Shown: piece after piece, positions 8,648-18,515 of the stretch
Layout: the number at the start of each line of letters is the position of its first letter
Numbering within the stretch: the stretch's first letter is position 1
Source of the DNA: Oligoflexales bacterium
Lineage (GTDB): Bacteria; Bdellovibrionota_B; Oligoflexia; Oligoflexales; CAIYRB01
Direction: 5' to 3'
NCBI GenBank assembly: GCA_041736175.1
Contig: JBGSUI010000019.1
Span: forward strand, 1-56,028
Length of the DNA: 56,028 bases
Made by a program: the position numbers and the translations under genes
Notes under the pieces: model-generated
The model's database searches: none
What the model was told of the DNA's origin: nothing
Seen by the model: the letters and a program-made list of their open reading frames with translations, nothing else

Positions 8648-9139
8648 TTGGTTATGAATCATCCCATCGACCATACGCCTCGCATGCAGGCGGCCACACT
8701 GACCCTTTTTCTGGCGCTCTTAAGCAGTTGCACCAGCGAGTCAAAATCCACCCATCGCCAATATGTGGTCACTCCCCAAACCAGTACGTCGTCAAGTCTA
8801 AGCGATGCCGAAAAGCCCATGAACCTGGTTTTCTTGAGTCCCCAGGAAGACCTCGTGGGTCGTGGAATTGTAGAGATTGAGATTTATCTCACCAATCCAC
8901 CTAAAAACTCAACTCTAGGGTTTTATTATGTCACTGAAACTGATTTGAAAAATCAGAGAAAAGATATGGACCAGGCCATAGGACAACCCATCATTGAGAA
9001 TCTAGATCCCCTTGAGTCCTTGATCGAATGGGATCAAAGTGGTCTTGATGCCGATATTTACTATGTCTATGCCGAAATATCTTCATCCAAGGGTGTCGAA
9101 CGTTTTACCTTGGATGTCTCTCTTGAGATTAGCGACTAA
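8648..9139 (+). CDS. Hypothetical lipoprotein with an Ig-like domain
   Basis: AGGAG RBS, LLSSC lipobox, beta-rich C-terminus (IEWD..GL..DIYYVYAEI). Exact start uncertain. Confidence 0.65.
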   Translation: MVMNHPIDHTPRMQAATLTLFLALLSSCTSESKSTHRQYVVTPQTSTSSSLSDAEKPMNLVFLSPQEDLVGRGIVEIEIYLTNPPKNSTLGFYYVTETDLKNQRKDMDQAIGQPIIENLDPLESLIEWDQSGLDADIYYVYAEISSSKGVERFTLDVSLEISD

Positions 9140-9160
9140 GGCAAAGTAGAAGCTTCGGCC

Positions 9161-9916
9161 TCATTGTGCACAGCGAAACCCAATTTCATACCCCACGGAA
9201 TCCCGGCGTGCTAAACGGCGGTAGGTTGTCTCCATGGTTGGGATAAAGTTCATAAATCCACCGCCCCGATAGACTACTCCAGAGTTTCTCGGGGTATCAA
9301 GCCAAGGCTTGCTGTCGGAGGGAGCACCCTCATAGTCTCCATGGGCATCATCTGCTGTCCATTCCCAGACATTGCCACCCATGTCGCAGAGACCTTGCTG
9401 GGTTGACCCTAAGGGCTTAGAGCAAACCTCCCAAGTGCTATTGCGCCCACAACCAAAATCTGTGTCAAAACCAACCGCGTGGTTACAGGATCCACCTTCA
9501 TTTCCCCAAGGAAACTTGGAATCCCGACCCCCTGACCGGGCAGCAAACTCCCATTCCGCCTCACTGGGGAGCCGCATTCCCGACCAGCGACAGAAACTAT
9601 CCGCTTGGGTCCAGCTGATGCAGTTAATAGGGTGGTTTTCCGCCTTTTCGAACCCGCTATTGCACCAGGGTCCCGTAAAAGCCGGCTTGCAGGCTCCCGC
9701 CTGCACACAAGCCGCGTACTCCTTGACGGTCACTTCATGAACCATCATCCCAAAGGTGGACACTTTAACGTTATGGGGAGGCGATTCGAAAAAACGAGCT
9801 TTGTTGCCCATAAGAAAAGTACGTCCCTCTAAAATTTGAATCTCGGTGCCTAGGAGTGTGGGAGCATTCAAAAGCCAACAAACTGATAAAATACCAAATA
9901 TATTGAAGTTTTTCAT
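9161..9916 (-). CDS. Secreted FGE-sulfatase/SUMF1 domain protein
   Basis: HEVT, HPINCISW, RLPSEAEWEFAAR, DMGGNVWEW, RGGGF and GFRC motifs, plus a signal peptide. Confidence 0.9.
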   Translation of the reverse strand: MKNFNIFGILSVCWLLNAPTLLGTEIQILEGRTFLMGNKARFFESPPHNVKVSTFGMMVHEVTVKEYAACVQAGACKPAFTGPWCNSGFEKAENHPINCISWTQADSFCRWSGMRLPSEAEWEFAARSGGRDSKFPWGNEGGSCNHAVGFDTDFGCGRNSTWEVCSKPLGSTQQGLCDMGGNVWEWTADDAHGDYEGAPSDSKPWLDTPRNSGVVYRGGGFMNFIPTMETTYRRLARRDSVGYEIGFRCAQ

Positions 9917-10100
9917 AAAGGTTTTTCCCCATCTGATAAAAGTGTTTGAAGAATGGATTTTGTCCCTTGACTAAAAATCATGGTAAACAAATGCCATTGC
10001 ATTTAATTACAATGTAAAATATAAACATGGGATTGTCAATGGAATGCTCCCAGCTTTTCGGATGCCAAGGTCTTGACCCCCGGGTTTTCCTCCCACCCAC

Positions 10101-10239
10101 AAAAAACCGCATATGATCTAGCGCCAACGAAAAATGCGGTTTTTTATTTAAAATATATCAGCAAGTTAGACCAGCAACCTTTTAAGCCTCATCTTAAACC
10201 ACTAAATTTAAATAGAAAAAAAACCGCAAATAAGCTAGC
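10101..10239. promoter_or_regulatory. Inverted repeat plus partial direct duplication upstream of the ATPase gene (candidate operator)
   Basis: AAAAAACCGCAT (10101-10112) and ATGCGGTTTTTT (10134-10145) form a perfect inverted repeat. A 22-bp direct copy of 10101-10122 lies at 10218-10239 with 3 mismatches. Confidence 0.5.
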
Positions 10240-10293
10240 TATAAGGTTATTATGTTGTTTTCATACAATCTCCTATAATAAAGCGAAAAGACT

Positions 10294-11805
10294 ATGTTTT
10301 ATGGCAGAACGAATGAGTTGCTTTACCTACGCCAGATGTGGGCCCGAGCTAAGTCTGACCTCTTATTTATACGCGGCCGGCGTCGCGTCGGAAAGTCTGA
10401 ACTCTTAAGAAAACTGACAGAACAAGAGGCCCTCACGGGTGGATCTGCGTTCCTTTTTGCGGGACGGGTTGACGAATCAGACCAAAGGTGCCGGGAGCGC
10501 TTTGCGCGCGATTTCGACACTTTTACCGGCCAGACTAAGCTCCATATTGTACGCTCGGACGCTTTGACCTGGGATGTCATTTTTACCGAGGTGTTTCATT
10601 TTGCAAAAAGTCCCGGAGATCCGGGCAAGGCCCTTTTAGTGGTATTAGACGAAATCCAATGGTTGGCCAAAAAGCAATCTGGAGTCCTAGGCGCAATCAA
10701 AGAATACTGGGAAAAATTCCACTCAAAAGTCGTTATTAAAGTCATTCTTGCTGGCTCTTCCAATCGTTTTTTTAAAACCGAGGTTGATCATCCCGAAGGA
10801 GTGCTCCGAGGCTTACGAACCAAGGGCGATCTATGGTTAAAACCATTTAGTTTAGGAGAGGTCCAGACATACTTTTTTCCAAGCTGGAATTGCCAACAGG
10901 TTGCTTTGACTTATATGCTTGTGGGTGGCATCCCTTATTATTTAGAACAAATCGAGCAAGGTAGTCCTTTTTTAAGGAGTTTAAATGACGCCCTTTTTAC
11001 TGCTCAGGCCATATTTATCGATGAGATCGATGCCATATTGAAAGTAGAGTCCTCAGGAGAAGGGGCACTTGCCAATGTAAAAACAGTGTTAGCTTCTCTA
11101 GGTCAGGATGGCAGGACCCTTGCAAAAATCGAAGAAATCACTGGTCTTGGTGAAACGACAGTGCGATCAATCGTCGGACGCCTAGAAACCTTTGGACTTG
11201 TCAGACCTAGAGAGCCCATGGGACAGCGAAAAAACCGATCTGGTTTAAGATATTTTATGGACGATTTTTTCCTTAATACCTACTTTAATCTGATCTTTCC
11301 AATCGATGCTCGTATCCGTGCTAACCGCACAGGAGGTATGCTGCTTAATGAATGGCTGACCTCAAAAAGCAGCTATTTTATTCCCAATTTTTCAGGGCGT
11401 GCTTTTGAGTTGCTTGTTTTTAGTCTTTTAGAAGCTGGGTCCACAGATACTTCACGGCGAAAAGCCAAAATCTTTGAAATTTTGCAGCTCGGTGATGCTC
11501 CCTTTACGGTAGGTACATCCTGGATCCCCTTACAAACCCAGATCGATATCGTCGTAAGCTGTCTGGCTGATCGAACCGTCAGGATTCTTGAAACCAAATG
11601 GAAGGGATCCCCTCCAAGCTCAAAAGAAGGACCGCAGATGATTTCATCCCTTTTAAACAAAACCTACACTCTTAAGGATGAATCCTGGTCTCGACTTAAT
11701 TTTTTAGTCATTTCACCTACCGTAAGTCCAGCAACCCTAGAGTCCGCCAAATCACAAAAAATCGTTACAATTGCCTTAGAAGACCTGTTTGATGCCGTCA
11801 CTTAA
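10294..11805 (+). CDS. Archaeal-type AAA ATPase (ATPase_2) with wHTH and a C-terminal PD-(D/E)xK-like (DUF234-like) domain
   Basis: FYGR.NEL, Walker A GRRRVGKS, Walker B VVLDEIQ, GGIPYYL, an HTH-like segment, and QIDIVV...ILETKW. Confidence 0.85.
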   Translation: MFYGRTNELLYLRQMWARAKSDLLFIRGRRRVGKSELLRKLTEQEALTGGSAFLFAGRVDESDQRCRERFARDFDTFTGQTKLHIVRSDALTWDVIFTEVFHFAKSPGDPGKALLVVLDEIQWLAKKQSGVLGAIKEYWEKFHSKVVIKVILAGSSNRFFKTEVDHPEGVLRGLRTKGDLWLKPFSLGEVQTYFFPSWNCQQVALTYMLVGGIPYYLEQIEQGSPFLRSLNDALFTAQAIFIDEIDAILKVESSGEGALANVKTVLASLGQDGRTLAKIEEITGLGETTVRSIVGRLETFGLVRPREPMGQRKNRSGLRYFMDDFFLNTYFNLIFPIDARIRANRTGGMLLNEWLTSKSSYFIPNFSGRAFELLVFSLLEAGSTDTSRRKAKIFEILQLGDAPFTVGTSWIPLQTQIDIVVSCLADRTVRILETKWKGSPPSSKEGPQMISSLLNKTYTLKDESWSRLNFLVISPTVSPATLESAKSQKIVTIALEDLFDAVT

Positions 11806-11830
11806 TCTCCTAAAAAAACTCGTGCTCTCA

Positions 11831-12988
11831 CTAGAAATCGATCATCTCACCAGCCCAGAGTTTTTTTAAAAAATCTTGCCAAGGAAGTATCAGCACAGGA
11901 CCATGCTGGCGCGCGGTGGTTTCAAGGCAAACTAAATAGAGACTCGTAACACCTTCTTCGGCGATGGCTAAGAGACCCTTGCAATCGTCGTGATGAATCT
12001 GACTTTTAGCTTTGACCTCAATGGCCACACGGTTGTCCAGGACGAAATCGACTTCTATCCCAGTGGTTGTTCGCCAGTAGTTAAGTGGGATATCGAGAGC
12101 ATTGGCATCAATCCAGGTCTTGATCTCATGCATGATCCAGTGCTCCATGGCTTCACCAATATCTGTCGATTTGAACTCAACGAGTGGAAGACCAGCAAGA
12201 TATCGTGCAACTCCAATATCAAAGAAATAGATTTTGTTGGCTTTTGCAGGTTTGCGCTTGGAAGAGCGGATCCATGGCTCAAGAGCAACCGCTAAAAACG
12301 TGTCATAAAGGATCGTAAAGTACTCATGAACGGTCGTCCGTGGGACCCCGCAATCTTGGGCAATGGATTCGTAATTAACTTGAGTCCCACTGCGAAGGGC
12401 TGCTACTTCCAAAAAGCGAGAAAAAGCAGGTAGACTTCGGACTAGACCCTCAAGTCTTATTTCCTGCTCAAGATATTGACTTGTATAAGACTGAAGCACA
12501 CGTTTGGGTGTCTTTGCAAAATAAACCGAAGGAATCAATCCGTAGCGAAGGGCCTTAAGCAAATCAAATCGTTCGATCCCAATTTCCAGTGCAGAAAAAG
12601 GGTGAAAGTGGTATTCATCTGCTCGTCCCCCCAAGAGGTTGGTTCCCGTTCGCCTTAACTTGCGAGCACTTGAGCCCGTGAGTATAAACTTAACACCATT
12701 TTCTTCTATTAACAAATGGACTTCGTTGAGGAGTTCCGGGATAAGTTGGATTTCGTCAATCACCACAATTTCCGGCAGTACCTCAAGAGCTAATATCTGT
12801 TCCCGTAGAATCCAGGGTTGTTTCTGAAGTTGCTGTCTGAGTTTGGTGTTGAGGAGGTTGTAAGTGGGTGCTTTTTCGGGGCCTTGGTGACGGAGGAAGC
12901 TGGACTTACCTGTCTGCCTAGGACCTAATATAAAGATTGACCTTTCAAGAGCCCTGAAATCTAAATTAATCAGTCTTTTTATATACAT
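11831..12988 (-). CDS. AAA_14 ATPase with DUF4143 domain
   Basis: Walker A GPRQTGKS, Walker B VVIDEIQ, LTGSS, LGGRA, KIYFFDIG and YWRT..GIEVDFV..AIEVK. Confidence 0.9.
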   Translation of the reverse strand: MYIKRLINLDFRALERSIFILGPRQTGKSSFLRHQGPEKAPTYNLLNTKLRQQLQKQPWILREQILALEVLPEIVVIDEIQLIPELLNEVHLLIEENGVKFILTGSSARKLRRTGTNLLGGRADEYHFHPFSALEIGIERFDLLKALRYGLIPSVYFAKTPKRVLQSYTSQYLEQEIRLEGLVRSLPAFSRFLEVAALRSGTQVNYESIAQDCGVPRTTVHEYFTILYDTFLAVALEPWIRSSKRKPAKANKIYFFDIGVARYLAGLPLVEFKSTDIGEAMEHWIMHEIKTWIDANALDIPLNYWRTTTGIEVDFVLDNRVAIEVKAKSQIHHDDCKGLLAIAEEGVTSLYLVCLETTARQHGPVLILPWQDFLKKLWAGEMIDF

Positions 12989-13008
12989 AAATAAATTGTA
13001 CCCCTAAA

Positions 13009-13061
13009 AAAATGACGACTCTGTCGTCATTTTATATCAAAATATGACGATAGAGTCGTCA
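13009..13061. promoter_or_regulatory. Two palindromes TGACGA-N5-TCGTCA forming a nested inverted repeat (candidate operator pair)
   Basis: AAAATGACGAC-TCT-GTCGTCATTTT (13009-13033) and TGACGA-TAGAG-TCGTCA (13045-13061), offset by 32 bp and 20 bp upstream of the AAA_14 start. Confidence 0.65.
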
Positions 13062-13062
13062 A

Positions 13063-13797
13063 CTAAAGTTCTGGGGTCTCCAGCACTCCACCCATACCCA
13101 TACCCATAGGGTTTACACCCCTCCTGGGACGGGGGACCAAGAAAATATCCCAGCGTTTGCTGAGCACTCCATCGACCACCTGGACAGTGACCAATTCCTG
13201 CTGGACTCGGGAGAGGCTCTGCAGAATGCTATCGACTTTGTTTAGGGGATGGCCTGCAAAATAGAGCTGGGTGGTCAATGTGGGGAAACCCACCTGATGG
13301 ACCTTTACATGAATGTGGGGTGGACGGATCCAGTCCTTTGCAGCAGGATAAGCGCCGGGGATAATCGTTTGGATATCGAAATGCCCGTTTACATCGGTTT
13401 GGACTTGGGCCCAGTACTGAAAATAAGGATCGAGCGCTGCGGGATTGGGGTCGCCAGGATGATCGTAGCGACCAGTGGCACAGGCCTGCCAAAACTCCAC
13501 GACCGCTCCCGCAAGGGGCTCCCCGGAGATCCCGTGGACCACCCGCCCCGAGATCATGACTCGCTCGCCTTTAGCTCGCTCCTCACGATCACCAATCCTG
13601 GTCATATCGGCGTCTTTATCCAGTTGGTCCTTTACGGGATAAAACGGACCCTCAGTTTGGGAAGGGGTTTTTTTGAGGCTTACGCCCTGAGCCCCCGAAG
13701 CCGCAAGGAGGCTTCCCGCGGTCAGGCTTACAGTCGCCAAGCTGGTTTTTTGTAAGACCTGTCTTCGACTCAATAGGCAATGTTCTTTGTTTTTCAT
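13063..13797 (-). CDS. Tat-exported intradiol ring-cleavage dioxygenase (protocatechuate 3,4-dioxygenase-like)
   Basis: SRRQVL Tat motif, TEGPFYP, VEFWQACATGRY, IPGAYP and RPPHIH (Tyr/Tyr/His/His iron ligands). Confidence 0.9.
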   Translation of the reverse strand: MKNKEHCLLSRRQVLQKTSLATVSLTAGSLLAASGAQGVSLKKTPSQTEGPFYPVKDQLDKDADMTRIGDREERAKGERVMISGRVVHGISGEPLAGAVVEFWQACATGRYDHPGDPNPAALDPYFQYWAQVQTDVNGHFDIQTIIPGAYPAAKDWIRPPHIHVKVHQVGFPTLTTQLYFAGHPLNKVDSILQSLSRVQQELVTVQVVDGVLSKRWDIFLVPRPRRGVNPMGMGMGGVLETPEL

Positions 13798-13979
13798 AGA
13801 AATTCCGGAATCAAATAAGTTTAGGAAACAACAGACCCTTTAGCAGCTACTTTATATACGGATTTGGGCCACCAACACAGTACTTTTCCATGCCTCCACA
13901 GTGGATACAGCGCTCAAGATTGGAACTGTTTGTGATAGACTCACACCATTAAGTCCTAAAAAAAGTAAGGCAAACGATT

Positions 13980-14669
13980 TTGGATGAGGCATCCATGCAA
14001 GCTTTCCCTATGACCAGTCACTGGAAACATCAGGCTCTCGGGAGCCTATGGGCTCTTCTTTTGGCAGTGTCTCCTGCTTTTGGCCAGCAGGGTCCGAGCC
14101 ATCCTAAAGACTTTCAGCTCTCCGTGACCGCCATGGAGACTGAGGAGTTTTCCTTAAGCCTCGAACTGTGGAGCCCCCATCTTGTGGATTCAGGATACTT
14201 TCGATTTGCAAGGTTTGGGGCCCTGCTCGGTACCCATAACTACTACGAAATCAATGCTCAAGACAAAAAGCGGCATGTGGATTCCCACGACCTAGCCCTA
14301 GGCTATCAGATCGGTCTCGACGGCGGCTGGCTCCAGCTGCGTTCGGCATTCTTAGGGGGAATCTCCAAACACGACCGCCATGCCACCTCGGGACCCGATG
14401 GGCCAGGGGGAGGCGCGCGGGATCCACAACAATTTGCCTATTTTGAAACCCGCCATGGATTTGAGCTGGTCCCCCCGACCCATATCGCCTCCCAGGCCTC
14501 CGCTCCGGTGGTGCCTAATGCCGTCACTGCCCCCCAAAGATCTCTCTTCGAATTGGGCATCGGATTTCGCTGGAATTTCATAGGCTCTGAAAAGATCTAC
14601 CGCGCCGGAGACATCCTCATCCAGGAGATTCAGGTCTTTCCGTACCTGGCCGCCCATGTGTTTCTATGA
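13980..14669 (+). CDS. Hypothetical exported protein, possibly an outer-membrane beta-barrel
   Basis: Signal peptide ending AFG, alternating-hydrophobic strands, C-terminus YLAAHVFL. Start uncertain. Confidence 0.55.
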   Translation: MDEASMQAFPMTSHWKHQALGSLWALLLAVSPAFGQQGPSHPKDFQLSVTAMETEEFSLSLELWSPHLVDSGYFRFARFGALLGTHNYYEINAQDKKRHVDSHDLALGYQIGLDGGWLQLRSAFLGGISKHDRHATSGPDGPGGGARDPQQFAYFETRHGFELVPPTHIASQASAPVVPNAVTAPQRSLFELGIGFRWNFIGSEKIYRAGDILIQEIQVFPYLAAHVFL

Positions 14670-14750
14670 CGGTGCCTATGGAAATAAAGGGCAAAAAGGA
14701 AAAAATCCGGCCTCTTTCCCAAAGACACTGACCTTGGATATACTAAGATC

Positions 14751-15191
14751 ATGGACACAAACCGACAATTATCAACAGGAAGCCAGGGGAACCTGAGCAG
14801 CCTGGGCAACCAGGGAACTCAAGTGACCCAGTGGTTCCCATGGGTCCTGCTCCTGGTCTGGTGTCTCGTAGGTCTTTGGGGACATCTCCGATACGTCGAC
14901 GACTCGGCTCCCTACCGGCTGATTTGCCTGAGCTATGGAGGCATCCCCTTGTTGGTGTTGACCCTCAGCCTCCAGGGCTTTTTTCCAAGACTATTAAGAG
15001 ACCGACCTAGACTTTGCCGCATCCTAGGGATCCTCCTTATTGTCACTTTTGCTCCTGGCTATCTTTTAATCTTCAATACCTTGGGCCAGCGTGCAGGTCT
15101 GATCAAACGGACCATCAGCGTCCAAGGCCAAATAGCCATCCGCGACGTAGAGCGAGGCAGTCTGGGAATCCTCTACACCCGCCGCTGGTAA
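14751..15191 (+). CDS. Hypothetical membrane protein
   Basis: About three hydrophobic helices. Fills the gap between neighbours. Confidence 0.55.
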   Translation: MDTNRQLSTGSQGNLSSLGNQGTQVTQWFPWVLLLVWCLVGLWGHLRYVDDSAPYRLICLSYGGIPLLVLTLSLQGFFPRLLRDRPRLCRILGILLIVTFAPGYLLIFNTLGQRAGLIKRTISVQGQIAIRDVERGSLGILYTRRW

Positions 15192-15203
15192 AGGGACTTG
15201 CCG

Positions 15204-15548
15204 CTAGCTTTCGATCTTGTCGATAAGCATCTCAATCAGTTTTTCCGGTTGGCCAAAATAGGATTTTAGATCATAGGTCTCATCAAACCATTGTCTAAGA
15301 CTATCATTTTCTCCTTGTTTCGACTTTTTAACCAACGAATCATAGGTTTTGGTAAGTTCAAGCACCCGACCAACCACTCCTGAAGAGGCCGGCAGAGATG
15401 GCGGGTATTTTTCTCGGAGATACCTCAGTACAAAGTATATGATGAGCGGATCACGTTTTTCAGCAATCGCATAAGCATCAGCCGTCGTCATAGAGCCTGA
15501 CTCCAAACCCGACAACAACCTTAAGCTCTCTTTTTTTTCATAATCCAT
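15204..15548 (-). CDS. Small conserved-looking hypothetical protein
   Basis: GGAGGAG RBS before the ATG at 15548. Protein-like amphipathic helical sequence directly downstream of the M3 peptidase. Confidence 0.7.
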   Translation of the reverse strand: MDYEKKESLRLLSGLESGSMTTADAYAIAEKRDPLIIYFVLRYLREKYPPSLPASSGVVGRVLELTKTYDSLVKKSKQGENDSLRQWFDETYDLKSYFGQPEKLIEMLIDKIES

Positions 15549-15613
15549 AAAAACACTCCTCCCCATTGAGATTTTTAAATTTCTAGCGTCCTACACTCCC
15601 CATCGCTTATGCC

Positions 15614-17665
15614 TTAACCTAGGCCACTCCGCCTGAGGAGTGCGTCAGGATCAGGGTCTCGCCCCCTAAACTCCCGATATAAAACCGCAGGATGGTCAGT
15701 CCCCCCGCGCTCAAGAATCGTTCTTTGAAATCGTCCTGCAATATCCCTAGAAAAAATACCAGCTTCCAAAAACAACTCAAAGGCATCAGCATCTAGCACC
15801 TCTGCCCACTTATATCCATAATAACCTGCTGCGTACCCCCCCGAAAATATATGTTCAAAAGAACAGGAGACATTGGTCCCCCCAATGGAAGGAAGTAGAT
15901 CTGCTGGTTCTAAGACCTGCTGCTCAAAAGCAGCCACATCTTCCACCTGGCGGGGATCTTGGTGATACCACCCAAAATCAAGGAGTCCAAACCGTATCTG
16001 CCGCACCATCATATATCCAGCATGGAAATTCTCAGCCGCGATAATGGCATTCATAAGGTTTTCTGGTAGGGTTTCTCCATTTTTGTGGTGTTGTGCAAAA
16101 AGCTCCAGACTTGGCTTTTGCTTGATCCAATTCTCCATCATTTGCGAAGGCAGCTCCACAAAGTCCCGGTAGACATTGGTGCAGGAAAGGGATTTATAGC
16201 GGCACCGGGAGAGAAGTCCATGGAGGGCATGGCCAAATTCATGAAAGACCGTGAGCACTTCCTGGAAATTAAGAAGACAAGGATGATCGGGGGTGGGCGC
16301 CGCAAAGTTGCAGACAATACTCACGTGGGGACGGACATCCTCCCCATTGTCTTCGACCCACTGGGACCTAAAGCGGGTACACCAAGCACCAGGACTTTTG
16401 GTAGCACGGCTGTAAAAATCAGTATAAAATAAACCCACAAACGTATGGTCGGAGCTTTTTGTCACACGGTAGACTTGGACGTCAGGAGCGTAGACGGGTA
16501 CGGAGTCAAGGGGTTCAAATTTAAGATCGAAAAGTTTGGAGGCATGGTCAAAGGCTCCCTTTAGAACCCGGGACAACTCAAAATAGGGTCGCGTAGCCTC
16601 CACATCATAGCTGTACTGTTGCTCTTTTAATTTGTGGGCCCAGTAGGCATAGTCCCAGGGCATGATGGAATCGGTACATTTATTCTGAACCATAAACAGC
16701 TTGAGGTCTGCCAACTCCTGTCTGGCTCTTGGCAGGCTCTTTTTAAGGAGGTGATCGAGAAAATCGACGACTTTCTGGGGATGTTCTGCCATTCTCTCCG
16801 CCAACTGATAGTGGGCAAAGGTTTTAAAACCCAGGAGTTGGGCCCGGTCGTAACGAAGGCTGGCGATTGACTTAACGATAGGACGGTTGTCAAAGGGCTC
16901 CGCAAAGCCTCGACTCTGTAAGGCTCGCCACAGCTTTTCTCGCAGATCCCGCCGGACCCCGTATCTCAGAAACGGGAGGGAGCTCGGAGCATGGAGGGTA
17001 AAGACCCAGCCGTCTTGGTAGCCGCGCGCCCGCGCCGTCTGCTGCGCCGTCGCCAAAACCGATGGGGGGATGCCTTCGACCTCTTCCGACTTGAGGAGGT
17101 GCATCTCAAACCGATTGGTGGCATTGAGGACATTTTCGGAAAACTGCGGCCCTAAAAGCCCAAGCTTGCCATCGATCTCCCGGAGTCGCTTTTTGCCTTC
17201 GCCATCCAGCAAAGCACCGTTGCGGACAAAAGATTTGTACATACGGTCGGCAAGGGTTTTTTGTTCGACCGTCCACTGATAGCCAGCCTTTTTTTCCTGG
17301 TGGTCCATCTGTTGCACAGCCCGTCGCACCCGGTCAAACAGCTCTTCATCGAGGTTGATATCACTGGTCAATTGAATCAGCCGAGGCATCATTTCTTTAG
17401 AGAGATCGAGGAGTTCCTTGTTTCCATGGGCCAACCGGAGATTGCTATAGATCGTAGCGATATGGTCAGCCTCGTCGGTAGCCTTTTCCAAAGAAACGAT
17501 CGTATTAAAAAAATCAGGCTCCCCTGTCTCTGCTTTGATCGCTGCCACCTTTTGCCGAGCCGCTTGAATCCCATGTTCGAGGGCCGGGACGAATTGGTCC
17601 ACGGTGATGCGGTCAAAGGGGACCGCACGATAGGGCAAGGTGGAAGGTTCTGTGATCGGCAACAA
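15614..17665 (-). CDS. dcp: M3 family metallopeptidase (peptidyl-dipeptidase Dcp / oligopeptidase A)
   Basis: FHEFGHALH zinc motif, DFVELPSQMMENW, HIFSGGYAAGYY.YKWAEVLDADAF; 683 aa. Confidence 0.92.
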   Translation of the reverse strand: MLPITEPSTLPYRAVPFDRITVDQFVPALEHGIQAARQKVAAIKAETGEPDFFNTIVSLEKATDEADHIATIYSNLRLAHGNKELLDLSKEMMPRLIQLTSDINLDEELFDRVRRAVQQMDHQEKKAGYQWTVEQKTLADRMYKSFVRNGALLDGEGKKRLREIDGKLGLLGPQFSENVLNATNRFEMHLLKSEEVEGIPPSVLATAQQTARARGYQDGWVFTLHAPSSLPFLRYGVRRDLREKLWRALQSRGFAEPFDNRPIVKSIASLRYDRAQLLGFKTFAHYQLAERMAEHPQKVVDFLDHLLKKSLPRARQELADLKLFMVQNKCTDSIMPWDYAYWAHKLKEQQYSYDVEATRPYFELSRVLKGAFDHASKLFDLKFEPLDSVPVYAPDVQVYRVTKSSDHTFVGLFYTDFYSRATKSPGAWCTRFRSQWVEDNGEDVRPHVSIVCNFAAPTPDHPCLLNFQEVLTVFHEFGHALHGLLSRCRYKSLSCTNVYRDFVELPSQMMENWIKQKPSLELFAQHHKNGETLPENLMNAIIAAENFHAGYMMVRQIRFGLLDFGWYHQDPRQVEDVAAFEQQVLEPADLLPSIGGTNVSCSFEHIFSGGYAAGYYGYKWAEVLDADAFELFLEAGIFSRDIAGRFQRTILERGGTDHPAVLYREFRGRDPDPDALLRRSGLG

Positions 17666-17845
17666 TTTAGGACCTCAAAGGGGAACGGGGTTCATAAAAT
17701 TTCGGGACACACTTTGCGGTTTTTTATCCTTGACCTAGGCCCAACCTCACCTGGTCCCGGCCCCCAGATCGCTCCGGCTGAACAAATAGATTAGCCTAGG
17801 GCTTCTCCAAAAAAAAGGAAAAGGTCATGTCTTCCGGAAGATGTC

Positions 17846-18208
17846 TCACTTGCTCGCGAGACTGAGGGTGACACCCGTGGTTCCAAAAGAGGCTTGGGGC
17901 AGCTCCTTAAAGCGAGCCTCGGGACGGGCATGTTTACCGATGGCCAAAGAACGGAAAGGACTTGAATGGGAGCGCAAAGCTTGGTGTTTGACGATCAGGT
18001 CTTCCAAAACATGGATTTGTGGCGGCCCCAGGGAGTCCCCTTGGTTTTCCAGCGGTGGCGTTTCGTCTTCTGGGAGGAACTCCCGATGTGGCTCCTGATT
18101 AGGTGCCCGTAAGGACTCCCAAAAACTGGTGCGAAGTTGGATAAGACTAGCCATAACGCTTTGGATTTTTTGGGATGAGGTTCTTAAGACCTCGGCTTCT
18201 CGACTCAT
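17846..18208 (-). CDS. Possible hypothetical protein
   Basis: ORF in an otherwise empty ~850-bp gap. No recognisable motif. Confidence 0.3.
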   Translation of the reverse strand: MSREAEVLRTSSQKIQSVMASLIQLRTSFWESLRAPNQEPHREFLPEDETPPLENQGDSLGPPQIHVLEDLIVKHQALRSHSSPFRSLAIGKHARPEARFKELPQASFGTTGVTLSLASK

Positions 18209-18515
18209 AAAACAAAATTTCCAAATATAAAAAGATTTAGCCCCCGAAGATCTCCCTAACACTGAAGGCAGACCCTGTAGACCCTATCATAAACCAAAAC
18301 CCAAAGAAGAGAATTGCTAAATTATAGGCAACCTCCCCTTGGTCCCTTGACTAAATCTAGGATTTTTGGGCGACCTGTGGCTACCCTATGGGATCCCCCA
18401 AGGACTATCCTAGGCCCATTCCACGGACACCGCCTTGATTTTAGGCTAAAATCAACCGAAGGTGATCTTTGCATAAATAAGTGCGCCGTGAGTTTTCTAG
18501 ATTGAGGAACAAGCC

